DNA of 64,000 nt from Lytechinus pictus (lineage: Eukaryota), in contig NC_087245.1 of NCBI RefSeq assembly GCF_037042905.1, positions 12,650,001 to 12,714,000 on the forward strand, written 5' to 3'. Both the position numbers and the translations under genes were made by a program. This document shows, piece after piece, positions 1 to 13,878 of this stretch (position 1 is the stretch's first letter; each line of letters begins with the position of its first letter). The notes below the pieces were generated by a model. It saw nothing but the letters and a program-made list of their open reading frames with translations, did not search any database and was not told where the DNA came from.

Positions 1-310
1 TTGAATTTTTATCTTGAGGATCTGTAGATGTTACGCGACAGAACATGCCTGCGTAGATATCAGCGTTCTCGGAAACCTGCCTATTCGGTGGTGGCCAAAT
101 TTGCACGTGATGTTTTGATTTTCACATGCGCTGCGCTTTGATCTGATCCAAAGTCAAGTTTCATTGCCAATCCGCAAAGTTCAATAGACAATGTACCGGT
201 AATGCTGTTTTAATCGGCGGTAGTCACCAACCTAAAATTGATATCGGCAAAAATATTGGAATGTTAAGTTGTTATTTATCTCAAAATTTAGGGGTCTTAT
301 TTTTTTGTCT

Positions 311-1030
311 GGATATGTTTTAAACTGTTTTGAGGTGTTAATGAGTTAAAATATATTTCATATTCCTTTTGTTATGGACTCCCATTCTCTGAGAAGAAAT
401 ATAAATCACGCATTATTCAGACAACGGCGGAAAGGAAAATAAAACAAAATAGAAGTCATAATGCACAAACATCACAGATTAAGGAACGATCGATTAGGAA
501 TGTTTTAAAATTGTTTTGGGGTCCTAATGAGTTAAAATATATTTCATATACCCTTCGTCATGGAGTCCCGTTCTCCGAGAAGAAATATAAATCACGCATT
601 ATTCTGACAATGGCAGAAAAGAAAATAAACAGAATAGAAGTCACAAACATCTCATATTAATGAACGATCTATCAGGACATGTTTTAACATTGTTTTGAGG
701 TGTTAATGGGTTAAAATATATGTAAACTCATCAACACCTCCGTAACCTTTCGTTACAGACTCCCGTTCTCCGAGAAGAAATATAAATCACGCATTATTCT
801 TTAATTTCTTACAACGGGGGAAAAGAAAATAAAACAAAATAGAAGTCACTAACATAGATTAATGAATGATCGATTGGGAATGTTTTAAAATTGTTTTGAG
901 GTCCTAACGAGTCAAAATATATTTTGAATACCTTTCGCTATGAACTCTTTAAGAAATATAAATGACACATTTATTCTGATAACAGCGGAAATGAAAATAA
1001 AATTGAACAGAATTCACAAACATATCAGAT
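311..1030. repeat. Diverged tandem repeat, about 4 copies of about 180-200 bp
   Basis: Recurring blocks 'ttgttttgagg..taatgagttaaaatatat' and 'gagaagaaatataaatcacgcattattc..aaaataaaacaaaatagaagtca'. Confidence 0.9.
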
Positions 1031-3898
1031 CACTTGGATTGTGAAGCATCCCGGCTTGATAGGGAGGTATAAACCGGGGTATAAATGATAGTCTTAAAAT
1101 TGTTGAAGATTCATAACATATTTGTAAAGAGTTTTGATGTGATATCTACGTGATTTATGATATAAAATCATTCTTTGAAAAGCAAAATGAAGCTCACAGC
1201 CAAAGCAAGTGATACCTCCTTGTCATAAGGTACATTGCGTAATACCTTAGGTGACCCAGCTGGGCCAGGTCTGTCATCAAGACACTCGACAACAAATTGA
1301 GATAATCTGTTGAGATTTGCTGAACCATTAAATCAGGTAAACATGAGATAAAAATTGTTTCTCTTGGGAGTCATTTGGGCAGCCACTGAACTGATTTTAA
1401 AACATGAGCCACGCGAGCAATTGCTTTGGGTGGTGATGGACATTTCATTGATTTCTTTTTTAATCAGCGACTTTACAAATAAAAAATAATAATACAAATT
1501 CTAATAACTTTTTAAATCTTTGATGGATTTTCCTCAAACTTTCACCAATACTTATTATTTTTTCTCCTATCTTTACAATAAACTGTTTGTCAGGGTGAAC
1601 TCCCCCTTTAATGCTTGGTCACTTGAAAATGACACCTACATATCATGAACATGTTTTCAGTTGGGAAAATTTGGATACAAAGTTTATTTTTACCATGTTT
1701 GAAAATGTGTTTTTGACCATTTTCATCATTTTGCAATTCAAATTCCCTTTAGAAAGATTTTGCAATGTCTTAGGGATATTTCTGATCTGTACAATGCAGG
1801 ATCTAGGGGCGGGGAAGTTTTTTTTTGTATTGAGTAGTTTTTATTTGACAACTTCAATTTATGTACAAAATAAAATACATATAGGAAATAGAAGTTTGAT
1901 GTCTTTACAAACTGATCAATACCTTGACAACTCATAAATTCAACACCATTTTTAAAAATTAAAGTGACATTACAATAAAACACAATGTCAGACATCTTCC
2001 AATACATAATTATAAATAACATTGATGATAATAATATGCATTAAGAATAAAACTCCTACAATAAATTTAACATATTGATTTTTTTTCCAGTGTCAAATTT
2101 CAACATAAAACATAGATTTTCCAAATTCACTTTGGCATGACATAGCGATTAGAAATACCTAAAAATGTATTTTTATATATTTCTAATCGATATGTCGATC
2201 ATGCGGTCTCATGCCAACACGCCCCTAGAACATTAATCAATAGAAGAAACTGTACACACATGTGAAAAGCAATACACAAAATTATAGTCTGTTTTAGATG
2301 AAAGAATGAAAAATAAACGTTGAAAACAAGCAATTAGCCGTCAAACAAATATAATTAAATTTACATCTCGCTCCCACGCCCAGGATCTCGCTTTTCTCCT
2401 TTCACAAAATCATGCACGCACGTGTCTCCCTTGCCCTACTTCCAGCTATCTAGCCAACACTTATTGTGAGTAACTGGTGACATGACAGCAGATCAGAATG
2501 ACCTGAGAAATTGAGAATGAACATTAAGAATATTACTTAGCAAGTAAATAGTGGGAAAATTATGTGGAACAATTCATTTTAAAATCAGAATTTCTTGAAA
2601 ACTATCGGAAAATGGTATCATGTATTAAATGAAAGGCTACTTCGCACCGGGGTCGCACCGCGGACAATTCATTGCAGCATGCATGTCCGGCTCAGCTAGG
2701 CGCGCTGGCAAAGCTAGTGTGGCTGGCTCAGGCTTGGCTGGCTGGCTAGCCGGTTGGAAGTGAAAATGCGCCAGTTTCTATACATGGATATTTTCCGGTC
2801 ATCAATAATAAGATCATAGTTTGTCTGTTGCCGAAATGATTCTGAAACATCCTATACTTTTGAGGATTGATGATGAATGATGCAAAAATTATTTCTGATA
2901 ATTTTTCCCCACTTTTTATGATTTGTTTTTGCCTGTGTCGCTCGCGTTTTGCGCGTGACATATATGTGGAATTTACGTGTGTCGCATGCGACGCGTGTGT
3001 TCTACACTGGCGAGAACGTTGGTAGACATACCCATCACGTATGTGGCCATTGCAACGCGGATGATGTGCTTGCGCCGATGTTATTTTGAAGAAAAAATGA
3101 AATAAACTTAAAAGAGGGTAGGGGCTATTTTATCTCCGCGACGTTGATTTCACCAATATTTCTAGGTGAATTAACCCCAAATGTTGACATGAAAATGAAC
3201 AAAAATTATATATTTGTTGAGAATAACACCTTAACATTATTCCTGTACAATCAGGAATTATTTCATAAGACTTTTCTTGACTAATATTGTCTTTGAAATG
3301 ATGCTTGAAAAGATGCGATATAGACTTCGAAAAAAAAAAGATGAGAGTATTGTCATTTTTGTTTATAAGAAATCTCTGTAAAGACGCGCAAGCGTATAAT
3401 GCAAGCGTATTTGAAGTCAATAAATTGACGCAATCTCACCCCTTTGCCACACCTCCTGGCGGAATGAATTTCCATTGGTTGAGTGACATGAGAGAGCTAT
3501 AAAAGCGTGTTTCTAATTGGATATTGAATAAAAAATAGGTGTGTCTTACAGAGATAAAATGAACATAAAATTGTTCTCAGAATACCAATTCGGAGATTTA
3601 AGGGTATTTTATCTCACTGATTTTAACGGAGATGAAATATTTTTTATTATCTGAGATAAAATGGATCTCAGAATACCACCCCAGGCCTAGGCCTAGTGTA
3701 GATCTAAAAGTTATTCTGACTTTTTTGTTTTCATGATGTTGTCTTGACTTTGTTGTCTTTTGAATTTGAGTTTTGTTTGAACAGAGCTGAGACTTTCATG
3801 AACCATTTCAACCAGGCAAAACAAAAACAAAAGAGAACTGAGTTTTTCAAGGATCTGTAAGAAAATACCATCATATACTTAGTTACACTGCCATTATT

Positions 3899-4332
3899 TA
3901 GACTAAAAGCTTCGGTCTCTTTTATATTGGTTGTTCCGCTGAACTTGGTTGGCTCTACTCACCAATTACAGAGACCGAAGTTCTAACTCGATCTGTACAG
4001 GGACTCAATGGCCATATGTTAATGTTCGGATAAACCAGGTAAGTGGTAGTTGCGCGACATCCGAAGTAGACCTAAGTCACTTTTTTTCCTTTTTTAAAGT
4101 TTATTTTTCCGTTTTGGTGCATTTCAGGCCAAAACGGATTAATAATCTTTATTTTGGTCCAGTTCTTTTGATATATTTTTATGATATAAAGACGAAAATC
4201 GATTAGCCCCGTCGGGGGGATTTTGCATTGTTAACCCCCTAATGGTGGCTGCACGATTGCGAGCCGTTTGCGTACGAGGAGAATTTTTTTTTAAATGTTA
4301 AAAACTCCTCACAGACGGCTGCCAGTTGTCTA
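3899..4332 (+). mobile_element. Non-autonomous DNA transposon, TAGAC..GTCTA family (AcademH-like), copy 1
   Basis: Reverse-complement homolog of 40326-40712 and 42767-43214. The 9-bp cactgccat occurs at 3886-3894 (4 nt from the end) and at 4333-4341. Confidence 0.85.
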
Positions 4333-4381
4333 CACTGCCATCAGCCATCTTGGCTTTTGTCATGGGAAAGTATTGCATGGT

Positions 4382-4914
4382 AGGGGGTCCTAAAGCAACG
4401 CACCACTCATCGTGCATACAATTGCGATGGCAAAATGCGCACACTGTGTGTGGAACTGTGACTGCAGAGTGACAAACGATTCCTATTCAATTTTTCTAGA
4501 GCCTGCAAAAAGTTCAATAATTAAATCACTAAATGCAGGGAAAACCAGCCACTGTTTGAAATTTTGGAGTTATATTTACTTTAATTTCATGTTTTCCTAT
4601 AATAATATGAACATTTTATTGAATATGAATATTTTTGAAATTGAGGCACAGGAAATACCATTTCTTTGCATGATAAATCGAGTGCGTAGCTTAAGGACCC
4701 CTTCTACGATCTACATGTACATATGGCGGCGAAATTAAGAGGTGTTCGGAAAATACGGCGGGCTTTTCGTATTAGTGAGTTTTGTGATATTTTCTTATTG
4801 GTTAAGGATCTTTAGAATATTTACCATAAATTTGTGAAAGATAATTTGTTCAAATATCAAAATTGGCATAGTTTTTATCGTTTGTAAACAAAGTGCGTAG
4901 CTTTAGGTCCCCCA
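4382..4914. mobile_element. MITE
   Basis: TIRs ggggtcctaaagcaacgcac / gtgcgtagctttaggtcccc, plus an extra internal TIR copy at about 4681-4702. Confidence 0.7.
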
Positions 4915-5553
4915 TCACTCGATTGTTGGGCCAGCCAGCTAGTTAGCCAGACTATTTGAAACCATACCGCATAAAGTTAGATCTACGGTATTGCAAATGA
5001 CCGGTGTCATTGGCAACAGGGTGGCAACGGTTGCAGCAAGTGGCAGCAGGCTATGGCAGCATGCACGCTGCCCTGTCCTTAACCAAGTTTTTGAAATGTT
5101 ATAACTTTGAAAGTATGAGGACCTTAATGGTAATTAAGTGTCAGTTGATCAAGGTCAATGGCCATTTAATCTAAAGTATAACTTTGTCCATGTTGTATCT
5201 ACATCCAAACTTAAAAACGTTAGAGTTTGCATTTTTTAAGATGATTTTTGTAAGTTGTTGTTGTTGTTATTTTGAATAGGCAAACTAGTCAATTTTGACT
5301 ATTGTTGCCTTGATAATTTGCTTTCCTTTTTTTTCCAAAAACAGAATAATTTCTTTGTTGAATCTGTTTCAGTTAGAAATCGTGCAAGACCACCTCTCCT
5401 GCCCTGTATAGCACGTTATCCTGACAAGCCCACTCGAGAAGCATTTCGAGGGCGTCTCAGGAGTAAAAAAAAAAATTGTATTCCCTATGTCTCTCAAACG
5501 TGAGCAGTGGGCGCTCTATCCGCAAATTTATGTAAAATCAGATCAATATCAAC

Positions 5554-7366
5554 TAAGCCTGAGTCGAATCGATTTTAAAATCGGTGTTCGATCGATGTCA
5601 TCGAACGCCGATGCAGATTTTACAAGATTGGTGCATCGAAAAAAAAAAAAAATACGTCGGCCGGCCGATTCATTTGGTTCACACAATCAAACATCAAAAT
5701 AAACAGTAATATCCTACTCGACTACTACTTACTTCATTTATGTTGCCCCCAAAATGAAACCGATTGTGTAATTATGATGCCTATTCACCATTAATTTGAA
5801 GTTTATTTCGATCATAGTTCGAGTCTTACTCATCTGCACGGCTCGTCTGCTCGTGCCGAGATAATTTATGCACGATGAATTTATGAATGGAAGTCGCCAT
5901 TGATCGTGCATGCGCAGTACTGTGCTTTAATCAAATCAGAAAATGGCCGGAAAATTGACGCGATCAACATATAAAAAGTAAATCTTGCTTTCATGAACAA
6001 TATTAATATCATGACCATAGAACATGATTTAATCGTAATATTTAACAATAATTTGCATATGATAATCATTAATGTGAATTTAGAGCTTGATGTGAAACGT
6101 TTCTATTTCGTTTCAATTTTCAATGGCGGACATCACATGACGATCGACTTGAGTGAGTGGAATCGCACTTGTCTAAAAAAATAATTACACGTCAGGATTG
6201 ATTATCGAACATTGTCAACATGTAGAAAATCTTTTGAAGATCGTAATATCACCATATAATAATATTTTACATGACAAAACAGAGAAAATTACATTTGATA
6301 TTTTTTCCCCATCAATTTGAAGCTTGTTTGTGCCCAACTTTGGGCTCTGATTTCATGAATGGAAAATATGTCAGACGTCATCGAATGCGCATGCGCATTG
6401 TGCTTCTTTTCTCGGAGCTCGGAGACGTCCAGGCCAGAGATGGAATAAAAAATAAAAATAATGCCAGTATAATACTATTAATTCTTCCATATGAACATAA
6501 CATACTTTGCTGACATCGTCAATATTTTTAGTATGGCCATAAAATCTTATTAAATCGTAATTATTTAACATCCAATAATAATTTATATGAATTTAGAGCT
6601 CGATCCGAGACATTCATATTTATTTCGATCACAAGCTCTTGTGTCTAAAATAAATGGATTATCATTATCAGGATTAAGTCTCGAACATCGTCAGAACTCA
6701 TATTCCACAATCTTTCCTCACAATCGTTATATCAGCATTGAATACCAATTCAAATGACCATCCAGAGAAAATCATGTATTTATTTCCATCAATTTATTTG
6801 GAGCTAATTTTGGATCCAACTACCCCGCCAACTACACAATCTCAGGCAAGTTACAGCGCTCTCCCCGCTGTTTGCACTTGTTAGATGGCGCTGGCAAGCA
6901 CGCCTGTCGTTTCGGGAGAGTGAGTGAACGGGGCTGCGGACGGGGCTGGTGTGTGCAAGGCTGGACTGCGAATGCTAGTTGACCGAAAATCATTCGGATC
7001 GACTCTGCGTGATTCATGTCTTTAATATTGTTTCATTTTAAACTTATATATGTTATCATCTGCAAATATCATTGTTGAAGATATTTTGGGAAGAATTCTG
7101 CATTGCCCCCGGCCTTTTTTGTGTTTTGTGATCATGGAAAATACAAACGAACTTTGCTCTGTCATCTGCTTTTGCAACGCTCACCCGGCGCGGCCAGCGC
7201 AGACCGTCAGTGCATGCAGTGCATGCATAGCGCATGCATCGACGGCCGGCCGGAGCAAAAAAAATGACTCGATTTTCCCCGCCTTCAAATTTCGATGCAT
7301 CGATGTTCGATCGAATTAAAGCTGTCGAACACCGGTTTTCAAAATAATCGATATGACTCAGGCTTA
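5554..7366. mobile_element. Non-autonomous hAT-like DNA transposon (1.8 kb)
   Basis: TIRs taagcctgagtc / gactcaggctta and a perfect 8-bp TSD atatcaac (5546-5553, 7367-7374). Internal diverged direct duplication about 5990-6360 vs about 6490-6830. Confidence 0.88.
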
Positions 7367-7501
7367 ATATCAACAATGAATTTGTAAGTCCCTACTCCCT
7401 AAATCGTAACATGAGATCTAGTCCTGATGACAATGGTTATCAGATATTAGCAAATAGATGAATGTAATTTCAGGACACTTGACAAACGTAGGAAGTACAT
7501 G

Positions 7502-8031
7502 CCCGGGGGGGGCACTCAGTATATAATGCATAGTGGGTATGTGCCGCGGAGGGGACCCCCATTTTTACACTCTAATTTCCGTTCCAAGGCATAGCATTTT
7601 TGTCTTATTGAGAAAAAGAACAAAGAAAGCCGCTCCAAGGCATAGCATTTTCTTCTTATCGAGAAAAAAGAAGAAAGATACCCGCTCCAAAGCTTCGCAT
7701 ATTTTCCGCTACGCCGTTCCGGTCGCATTGATCTGCTACGATGAGCCGCAATTTTGGTGAAAAGCGGCCGGAGAGCGCTGTCCGACCATCGTCTCTGCGC
7801 TGGCGCAGCCGGCGCCTGTGCTCCGTGCTAGCTGCATGCACGTGTGCTCGTTCCATTGGGATGCACACGCAGGCGACCCGTTCCAAGGACCCCCGTTTTC
7901 ACAAACATTTGTAGTTCCGAAGCCCGTTCCGAGGACCCTCCTTTTTACAATAAGCCCGCTCCAAGGCCCCCGTTTTTTGTCTCGCCCGCGGCACACCCCT
8001 ACCACTTTTTTGGTCGAGTGCCCCCCCCGGG
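7502..8031. mobile_element. Non-autonomous DNA transposon with CCCGG(G)n termini
   Basis: cccggggggggcactc / gagtgcccccccccggg, perfect 8-bp TSD agtacatg (7494-7501, 8032-8039), and internal ccgttcc/ccgctcc motifs. Confidence 0.9.
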
Positions 8032-8667
8032 AGTACATGAGGGTGATGGGCGATTTTTCCTTCATGACAGCCCAAAACGCCTCTAAAATTCCTTTAAAAT
8101 GCATGCTTTGGGGTTACCATTCTTTCTAGAGATGCCCGAAGGTCTGCCACAAACTACAATAAAGATTATTTAGAAATTTAATATTCTAACTACATGTACA
8201 TATGGCACAATAATGATATTTGCTTTTATTGCATTAGCTTGTTAGCCCTAAAAGTAGCCCTTAAGATTAAAGAAATGTCCTCTAAAATTCTGCAATCCCC
8301 CCAATATAGAAAAAAATATTGCCCCTAAACATGAAATTTATTCCCGACCCTGCACTTGACCAAGGTCAAAGATCACCTGTGGTCAATGAACTGCCATACA
8401 GGTGGTATCAACTTTTAATTTTCAATATGATTTTAAAATTGTACAAGTCATATTCTGTTTAAAATATGGATATTATAAGATAATGTTTGCCAGATATCTT
8501 TACATGTATTTAGAAATGTTTGGTCAGTGGGTCAAAGTCAGATAATTTCAGATGATATTACTCTGATAAAACTTAATTGAATTATTTTAAAACCCATCTA
8601 GGCCTATATCTTTAATAATTTAAGGGTAATTAATGTGATCCCTTATACTGGAATGTAAAATGATTAT

Positions 8668-9149
8668 GAGTTTGAGTCCACCCTAAAGCCTGACTGAAGC
8701 CTGCGTTGTGTGTAAAGTTGCCCCTCCCCTGTTCGATAGATGTAGGCTATGTTACAGCGGAAAACACTCCATCCCTTGGTTAGGACCTTAAATGGAGGCC
8801 CTGTGGAGAGGAGAGTCACAGGGAAAAAATGACACACGGGCTGGGGGCGATTTAGTCTCCGAAATGCACAAAAGAGCCAGGCTTGAAACAAGAAAAGGGA
8901 GCACTGGAAATCCCCATTCATCGCAATGTTTCAGCTTATCCAATGTTGCAGATTAAGGCCGTCAACTTTGCATATTAAGTACCAACTGCACAATTTGTTC
9001 AAAAGTAGGGGGAAACCCCAGTGTAGTGGTCCACCTGCACTCCCCCGATCAGTTATATCGGGAGGAGAGATATGCAGGTCGTAGTAATTCCGTTCGCTTT
9101 TCGCCTCCCTGGCACAGATGATGCCAAGCAAATAATAATAATAATAATA
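8668..9149 (+). mobile_element. 5'-truncated tRNA-derived SINE with Deu-domain-like core (DeuSINE superfamily)
   Basis: Residual B-box gagtttgagtcc, Deu-like blocks at 8773-8804 and 8974-9033 (attaag..gcac..aagtagggggaaaccccagtgt..tggtcca), and an (AAT)n tail. Confidence 0.65.
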
Positions 9150-9512
9150 TGAGCATTTCCAGAAAAGTGTAGTGGTCAAATTCAGCATCTAGCACCCAGC
9201 TCTATCAGTAACCTTTTTAATTTTATTAAAATAGCCCTTTGAGCACTATGGTACTTAGTGACTTATTGGATATGAGAAAGCCACAGACAAATATTATATC
9301 CTAAAATTTACCATGCTTAAGAAAAGGAGGATGTACAATCAGTAAGTTTATCAAATGAATCGTATTAGGGCACACATTTAATCTAGTAATGAAATTTTTA
9401 TTGAATTTGATACATGTACATACGAGTGTTCTCATGTTGATTACTGAAAATGTGTTTTGCACTGGATTTTACTGTGCAACTCTTGTAGGATTACAATTTC
9501 ATTAAAAGGTAT

Positions 9513-9599
9513 TTTGAATAAAAGTAAGGCATGACTACCATTAATGAATACAGAGCATCTGTATTCATTAATGGTAGTCATGCCTTACTTTTACTCAAA
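9513..9599. repeat. Near-perfect palindrome/hairpin
   Basis: 42-bp arms (tttgaataaaagtaaggcatgactaccattaatgaatacaga and its reverse complement, one mismatch) with a 3-nt loop gca. Confidence 0.9.
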
Positions 9600-10746
9600 T
9601 TAACATTTACTTTGACAAGCAAAGAATACCCCCTGATTATCCAAGCATAAACATATGCGACATAAACACGATATCAAACTATTTGGTTGAAGATACCAGA
9701 CATCTAGAATACTTTTCATGTTAAGCATGTTTTTAATATATATTTTTTTCATCAAATGGGAGATTTGTGAAATGGAATTTTTTTCTTTAAATGAAAAAGA
9801 AAATGTATTGAGTCAAATCATACTGTATATTTCATAATTCATACTGCAAGCGTGAAACAAAGTATACAGCTAAGGCAGAGACATGCAGTTGAGATTGTTG
9901 AGGAAGGGGAATCTGATGAGCATCTGGTCAAAGTGGAATGGGACAGAGGACAGTTGAGAGAGGAATATAACAGGACATGGTGTAAAATGTTATGTAGATT
10001 ACAATGTATTTGGAATCACATGGATTGTTTTGATACAAAAATGTTACACCTTTTTAAAATACTGATAAACTCCCGAGTTCATTTGACCTTTCATGAGTGT
10101 AAATGACCTAAAGGTGACCTTTGCATGTGTTTTATTTTTTATAACCTTAGTAAAGTGTACATTCCATTTTCCATAAGCTTTAATTTTATACCAAACAGAA
10201 TGTTTATTCCGTACACTAGATAAGAGCTAAGTCATAATTATGACATCAATAAAAAAAATGAACAAGGGAGCCCAGGTGGCACCCATCGTATTCTTGAAGT
10301 AGACACCCTATACTACAACTTTCAGCAAAAAAATTGCATACATACCCAACTTGACGGTCATGTTGTGGTTCTACTTGACTACTAACATCCATGGAAGCTC
10401 TGCCTCAGAAAAAAAGTTAAGCCTGTTATTCTGCCTAAAATTAAGCTACATCTAGACCAATACCCTATATTTATGTTCTCACACTAATGAATAAAAAAGA
10501 AAGTATTCATCATGTTCCTGTGACCTCACACAATGAATGACCAATACCCAGCAATTTTCGCAATTAAATACTGTCTATTCGATGTGCATGCATAACAACC
10601 ACTTTTGTTGGTAATGGTAATGGACTCCTGGCATAGCAAACCTATGAAAAGTTGAAAACTTGAAAGTTTGTGATACTGTTAATACTAAATCATGTTTTAC
10701 ATTTAAATTTCTCACTCTCCTTCAATCTTGTTCAGGTTTGACTATA

Positions 10747-10864
10747 ATGGCTGAATACATTCCAAGACCGTGTGTTTTCTGTGGACCTTCAGGATCTGGT
10801 AAAAGCACATTGATTAAACAGCTGATGGATGAACACAAAGATACATTTGGCTTCTCTGTCAGTC
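10747..10864 (+). CDS. GUK1: Guanylate kinase, first recognisable coding exon (exon starts at 10736 after the ttcag acceptor)
   Basis: [39 protein letters not shown] contains the P-loop GPSGSGKS and the GK 'FSVS' motif. Donor gtaagt at 10865. Confidence 0.96.
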
Positions 10865-11878
10865 GTAAGTAATGAAGGATTTTGTTATTGAAAGTGATGT
10901 TCCACTAGTTGGAAAAATAAATATTACTTCTAAAGTCTTCTATTGTGAGCTTTTAAGTTGTTTCCTCAATGATTTGGGAAATTTTTCACAGATAAATGGT
11001 TCATTGCAAAAGATTGCACTTCAAATGCCTTCACATTATGTAGTCCCAAACCCCCAAAACATTCAAGTCTACCTTTTCTTTTGTGCAACCTACTGTATAT
11101 ATTAATTTCTGTGTGCAATGCATATTGGTGGAATTGAGTCATATATCCAATACCCTTTTGGTGATTCATTATAGGAGAATGAAATCCTTGAAATCAGTTG
11201 AATTCATGCGACACTTCTCAAAGAAACAGATTAATGAAAGTTCGAGGAAGAGTGAATGAATTATTAAAGCATTTGAATGTTGAGATTAATAATGCAATGT
11301 AGATCCACCCATTGACAATGGCACAGAAGTGTACGAAGGTTGTTCTGGAATTGTTTTCAAATCAAGTCTGTGACCTGGTCTGTGCAAGGAGTTGGCAAAT
11401 AGAAGAATGAATGAGAGGAAACAATTGAAGGTCAAATTCATTGCCTGTTTTTCAGAATTTCAATTATGTAAATTACTTTGTCTAGAATTCCTATATAGTA
11501 TGCCACCTAAATGTACCTCACTACCCCAGATTACAAATATATGCAATAAATTCAGTTGTGAAAATACAATACTTATAGTACCTTGTACAGTTGTATGTAC
11601 ATTGCAAGCTGCCATTCCTTACTTTAGACAAAGAGAATTCCTCTCTGATATACGCAGTTATTGGATAAATTGACCGGCATAGTACAGTAAAATAAGAAGA
11701 AAAAAAACACACCCCCACAAGTACCAAAACAACTAATTAAAATAAAACATAACAATACAAAACACCCTATATACTAATTCAGACAAGCAAAGAAAGTTTG
11801 AATCAAATAAAAATTGTTGCAGATGAATTTGTCAGAAGCAATTGTTACTTTGATATTTTGTTGTATGTTTTGGTTTAG

Positions 11879-11920
11879 ATACGACAAGGAATCCAAGACC
11901 TGGGGAACAGGATGGAGTTC
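11879..11920 (+). CDS. GUK1: Guanylate kinase coding exon 2
   Basis: tttag|...|gtgagt, 42 nt. Encodes (H)TTRNPRPGEQDGV(H), the GK signature TTRxPRxGExxG. Confidence 0.96.
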
Positions 11921-12072
11921 GTGAGTCAAACATTTTCCTAGATTTTTTTTTATGCAGTGTACATGTAGTAGTATAACTGTACATACAGTGTAGTGGATGA
12001 AGGCATGCTGAACAGAATGTGTGTGGCAGATTTTTATTTCTTTAATTTTAATCTGATGGTCATGACCTTTAA

Positions 12073-12655
12073 AGGTCAAGTCCACCCCAGAAAAATGTTG
12101 ATTTGAATACATAGAGAAAAATCAAACAACCATTATGCTGAAAATTTAATCAAAATCTGATGTAAAATAAGAAAGTTATGACATTTTAAAATTTTGCTTT
12201 ATATTTTTCACAAAACAGAGACATGCAAATGAGACAGTCAATGATGTCCCTCACTCACTATTTCTTTTGTTTTTTATCGTTTGAATTTTAAAATATTTCA
12301 TTTTTTACAGATTTGACAATAAGGACCAACTTGATTGAAACACATAGTATTTAACAATGCTAATTGCACATGTTCAGGGAGGAATTAATCATTGTTTCAC
12401 ACGACAACAGAGAAAAAATTGGAATATTTCATATTATAAAATACAAAAGAAATAGTGAGTGAGTGATGTCATCAGTCTCCTCATTTGCATACCGACAAGG
12501 ATGTGAATATAACTGTTTTTGTGAAATTAAGCGAAGTTTTAAAATGTCATAACATTCTTATTTTACATCCGATTTTGATGAAATTTTCAGCGTTATGCTT
12601 GTTGGATTTTTTTCTTTTTATTTGAATCAACTTTTTGTTAGGGTGGACTTGTCCT
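12073..12655. mobile_element. TTAA-inserting MITE (Kolobok-like) in GUK1 intron
   Basis: ttaa|aggtcaagtccacccc ... gggtggacttgtcct|ttaa with long imperfect TIRs. Relatives at 16592-17493, about 35940-36026 and about 56880-58290. Confidence 0.85.
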
Positions 12656-13781
12656 TTAACTTTCCTTGATGATGGTGAGGGAGAAAATGAGGAAGTACAT
12701 GTCTGTATACTATCAGAACTACATGTACATGAATAGAGTCTGTTTCATGAAGTAACACATGACTGAATGACTATGATTTGAACATGATCCTGTGCTAAAT
12801 GAGATACCTTAAATTTTCTATTTTAACACTGGGACTGAATTACATGTATACAACCCTTACAGACTCTTTTTATACAAAATTAATGTACTTAACAATAACA
12901 ACATGCTTGTTGGCAACAAGAATTGTAGAGTATCTGTAGCTGATGGGAACAGGATTGAGAATCATCCCACAAGAACTTCTTCTTGTTTTATTTTTTGTCA
13001 TGCTTTGATGACCAGCTCTATAAAGAGACACTTATTGATGAAAAGCTGTATAAAGAGACACATAATAAAGATTGATTTATTATAACGTTTGGTAAGTAGT
13101 TCACCACAGGCTTACAAACAAAAAATGCAAAAAAAAATTATACCAGGAATAGGGAAGTAAGATAAAGTCACCCCATTTTGTGTATTTCGGCATACCATAT
13201 TATTCATAGTCATAGTTCAATGCATGCATGTAATTAAGCTCAGTGTTGGTTCTCTATTGTAATCAAATATACTACAATGTGTGTAGCTGGGAGTGGAGGT
13301 GTAATATACTTTCTTTATTCAGTTGAAGCCACCTTGAATAATCTCATTTTGATATTATTATGTGAAAATCACAAGGATGAAGTTTGAGGCATGAACCAGG
13401 GCGAATCTATTGAACCATTCTAAAGAAATTGAATTATGAAGTATTCTGAAGTTAAGAAATTTGAACTTTTCATATTTAGTGTGACACACTATAAAGTCCA
13501 GTTTTTTTAATAGTTTAGTCTTAGAATCCTTTTCATAATACTGTGTGGACTGTGGAATGATTATCATGTACCGGTACCGTTAAGTTCATTGATCTTATTT
13601 TTTCGCAGAATGTTTCTTGTACATATACATGTACATGTATGTACAGTTTACTTGCCAGCTTATTTTGTTCAATACTGGACATAAAACATTCTTTTTTGTA
13701 TCAGATGTCTCCTGTATTGAAATAAAACCACAGACTTGCTTTGCATAATTTCTTGTTTATATTCATTGTATAAATTTTCAG

Positions 13782-13878
13782 ATTATCATTATACAACTCG
13801 AGAGAAGATGGAATTGGCCATTGCAAATGGAGAATTTCTAGAGCATGCACAGTTTTCAGGCAATATGTATGGTACAAG
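13782..13878 (+). CDS. GUK1: Guanylate kinase coding exon 3
   Basis: ttcag|...|gtgagg, 97 nt. Encodes [31 protein letters not shown](S) of the GMP-binding domain. Confidence 0.96.
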
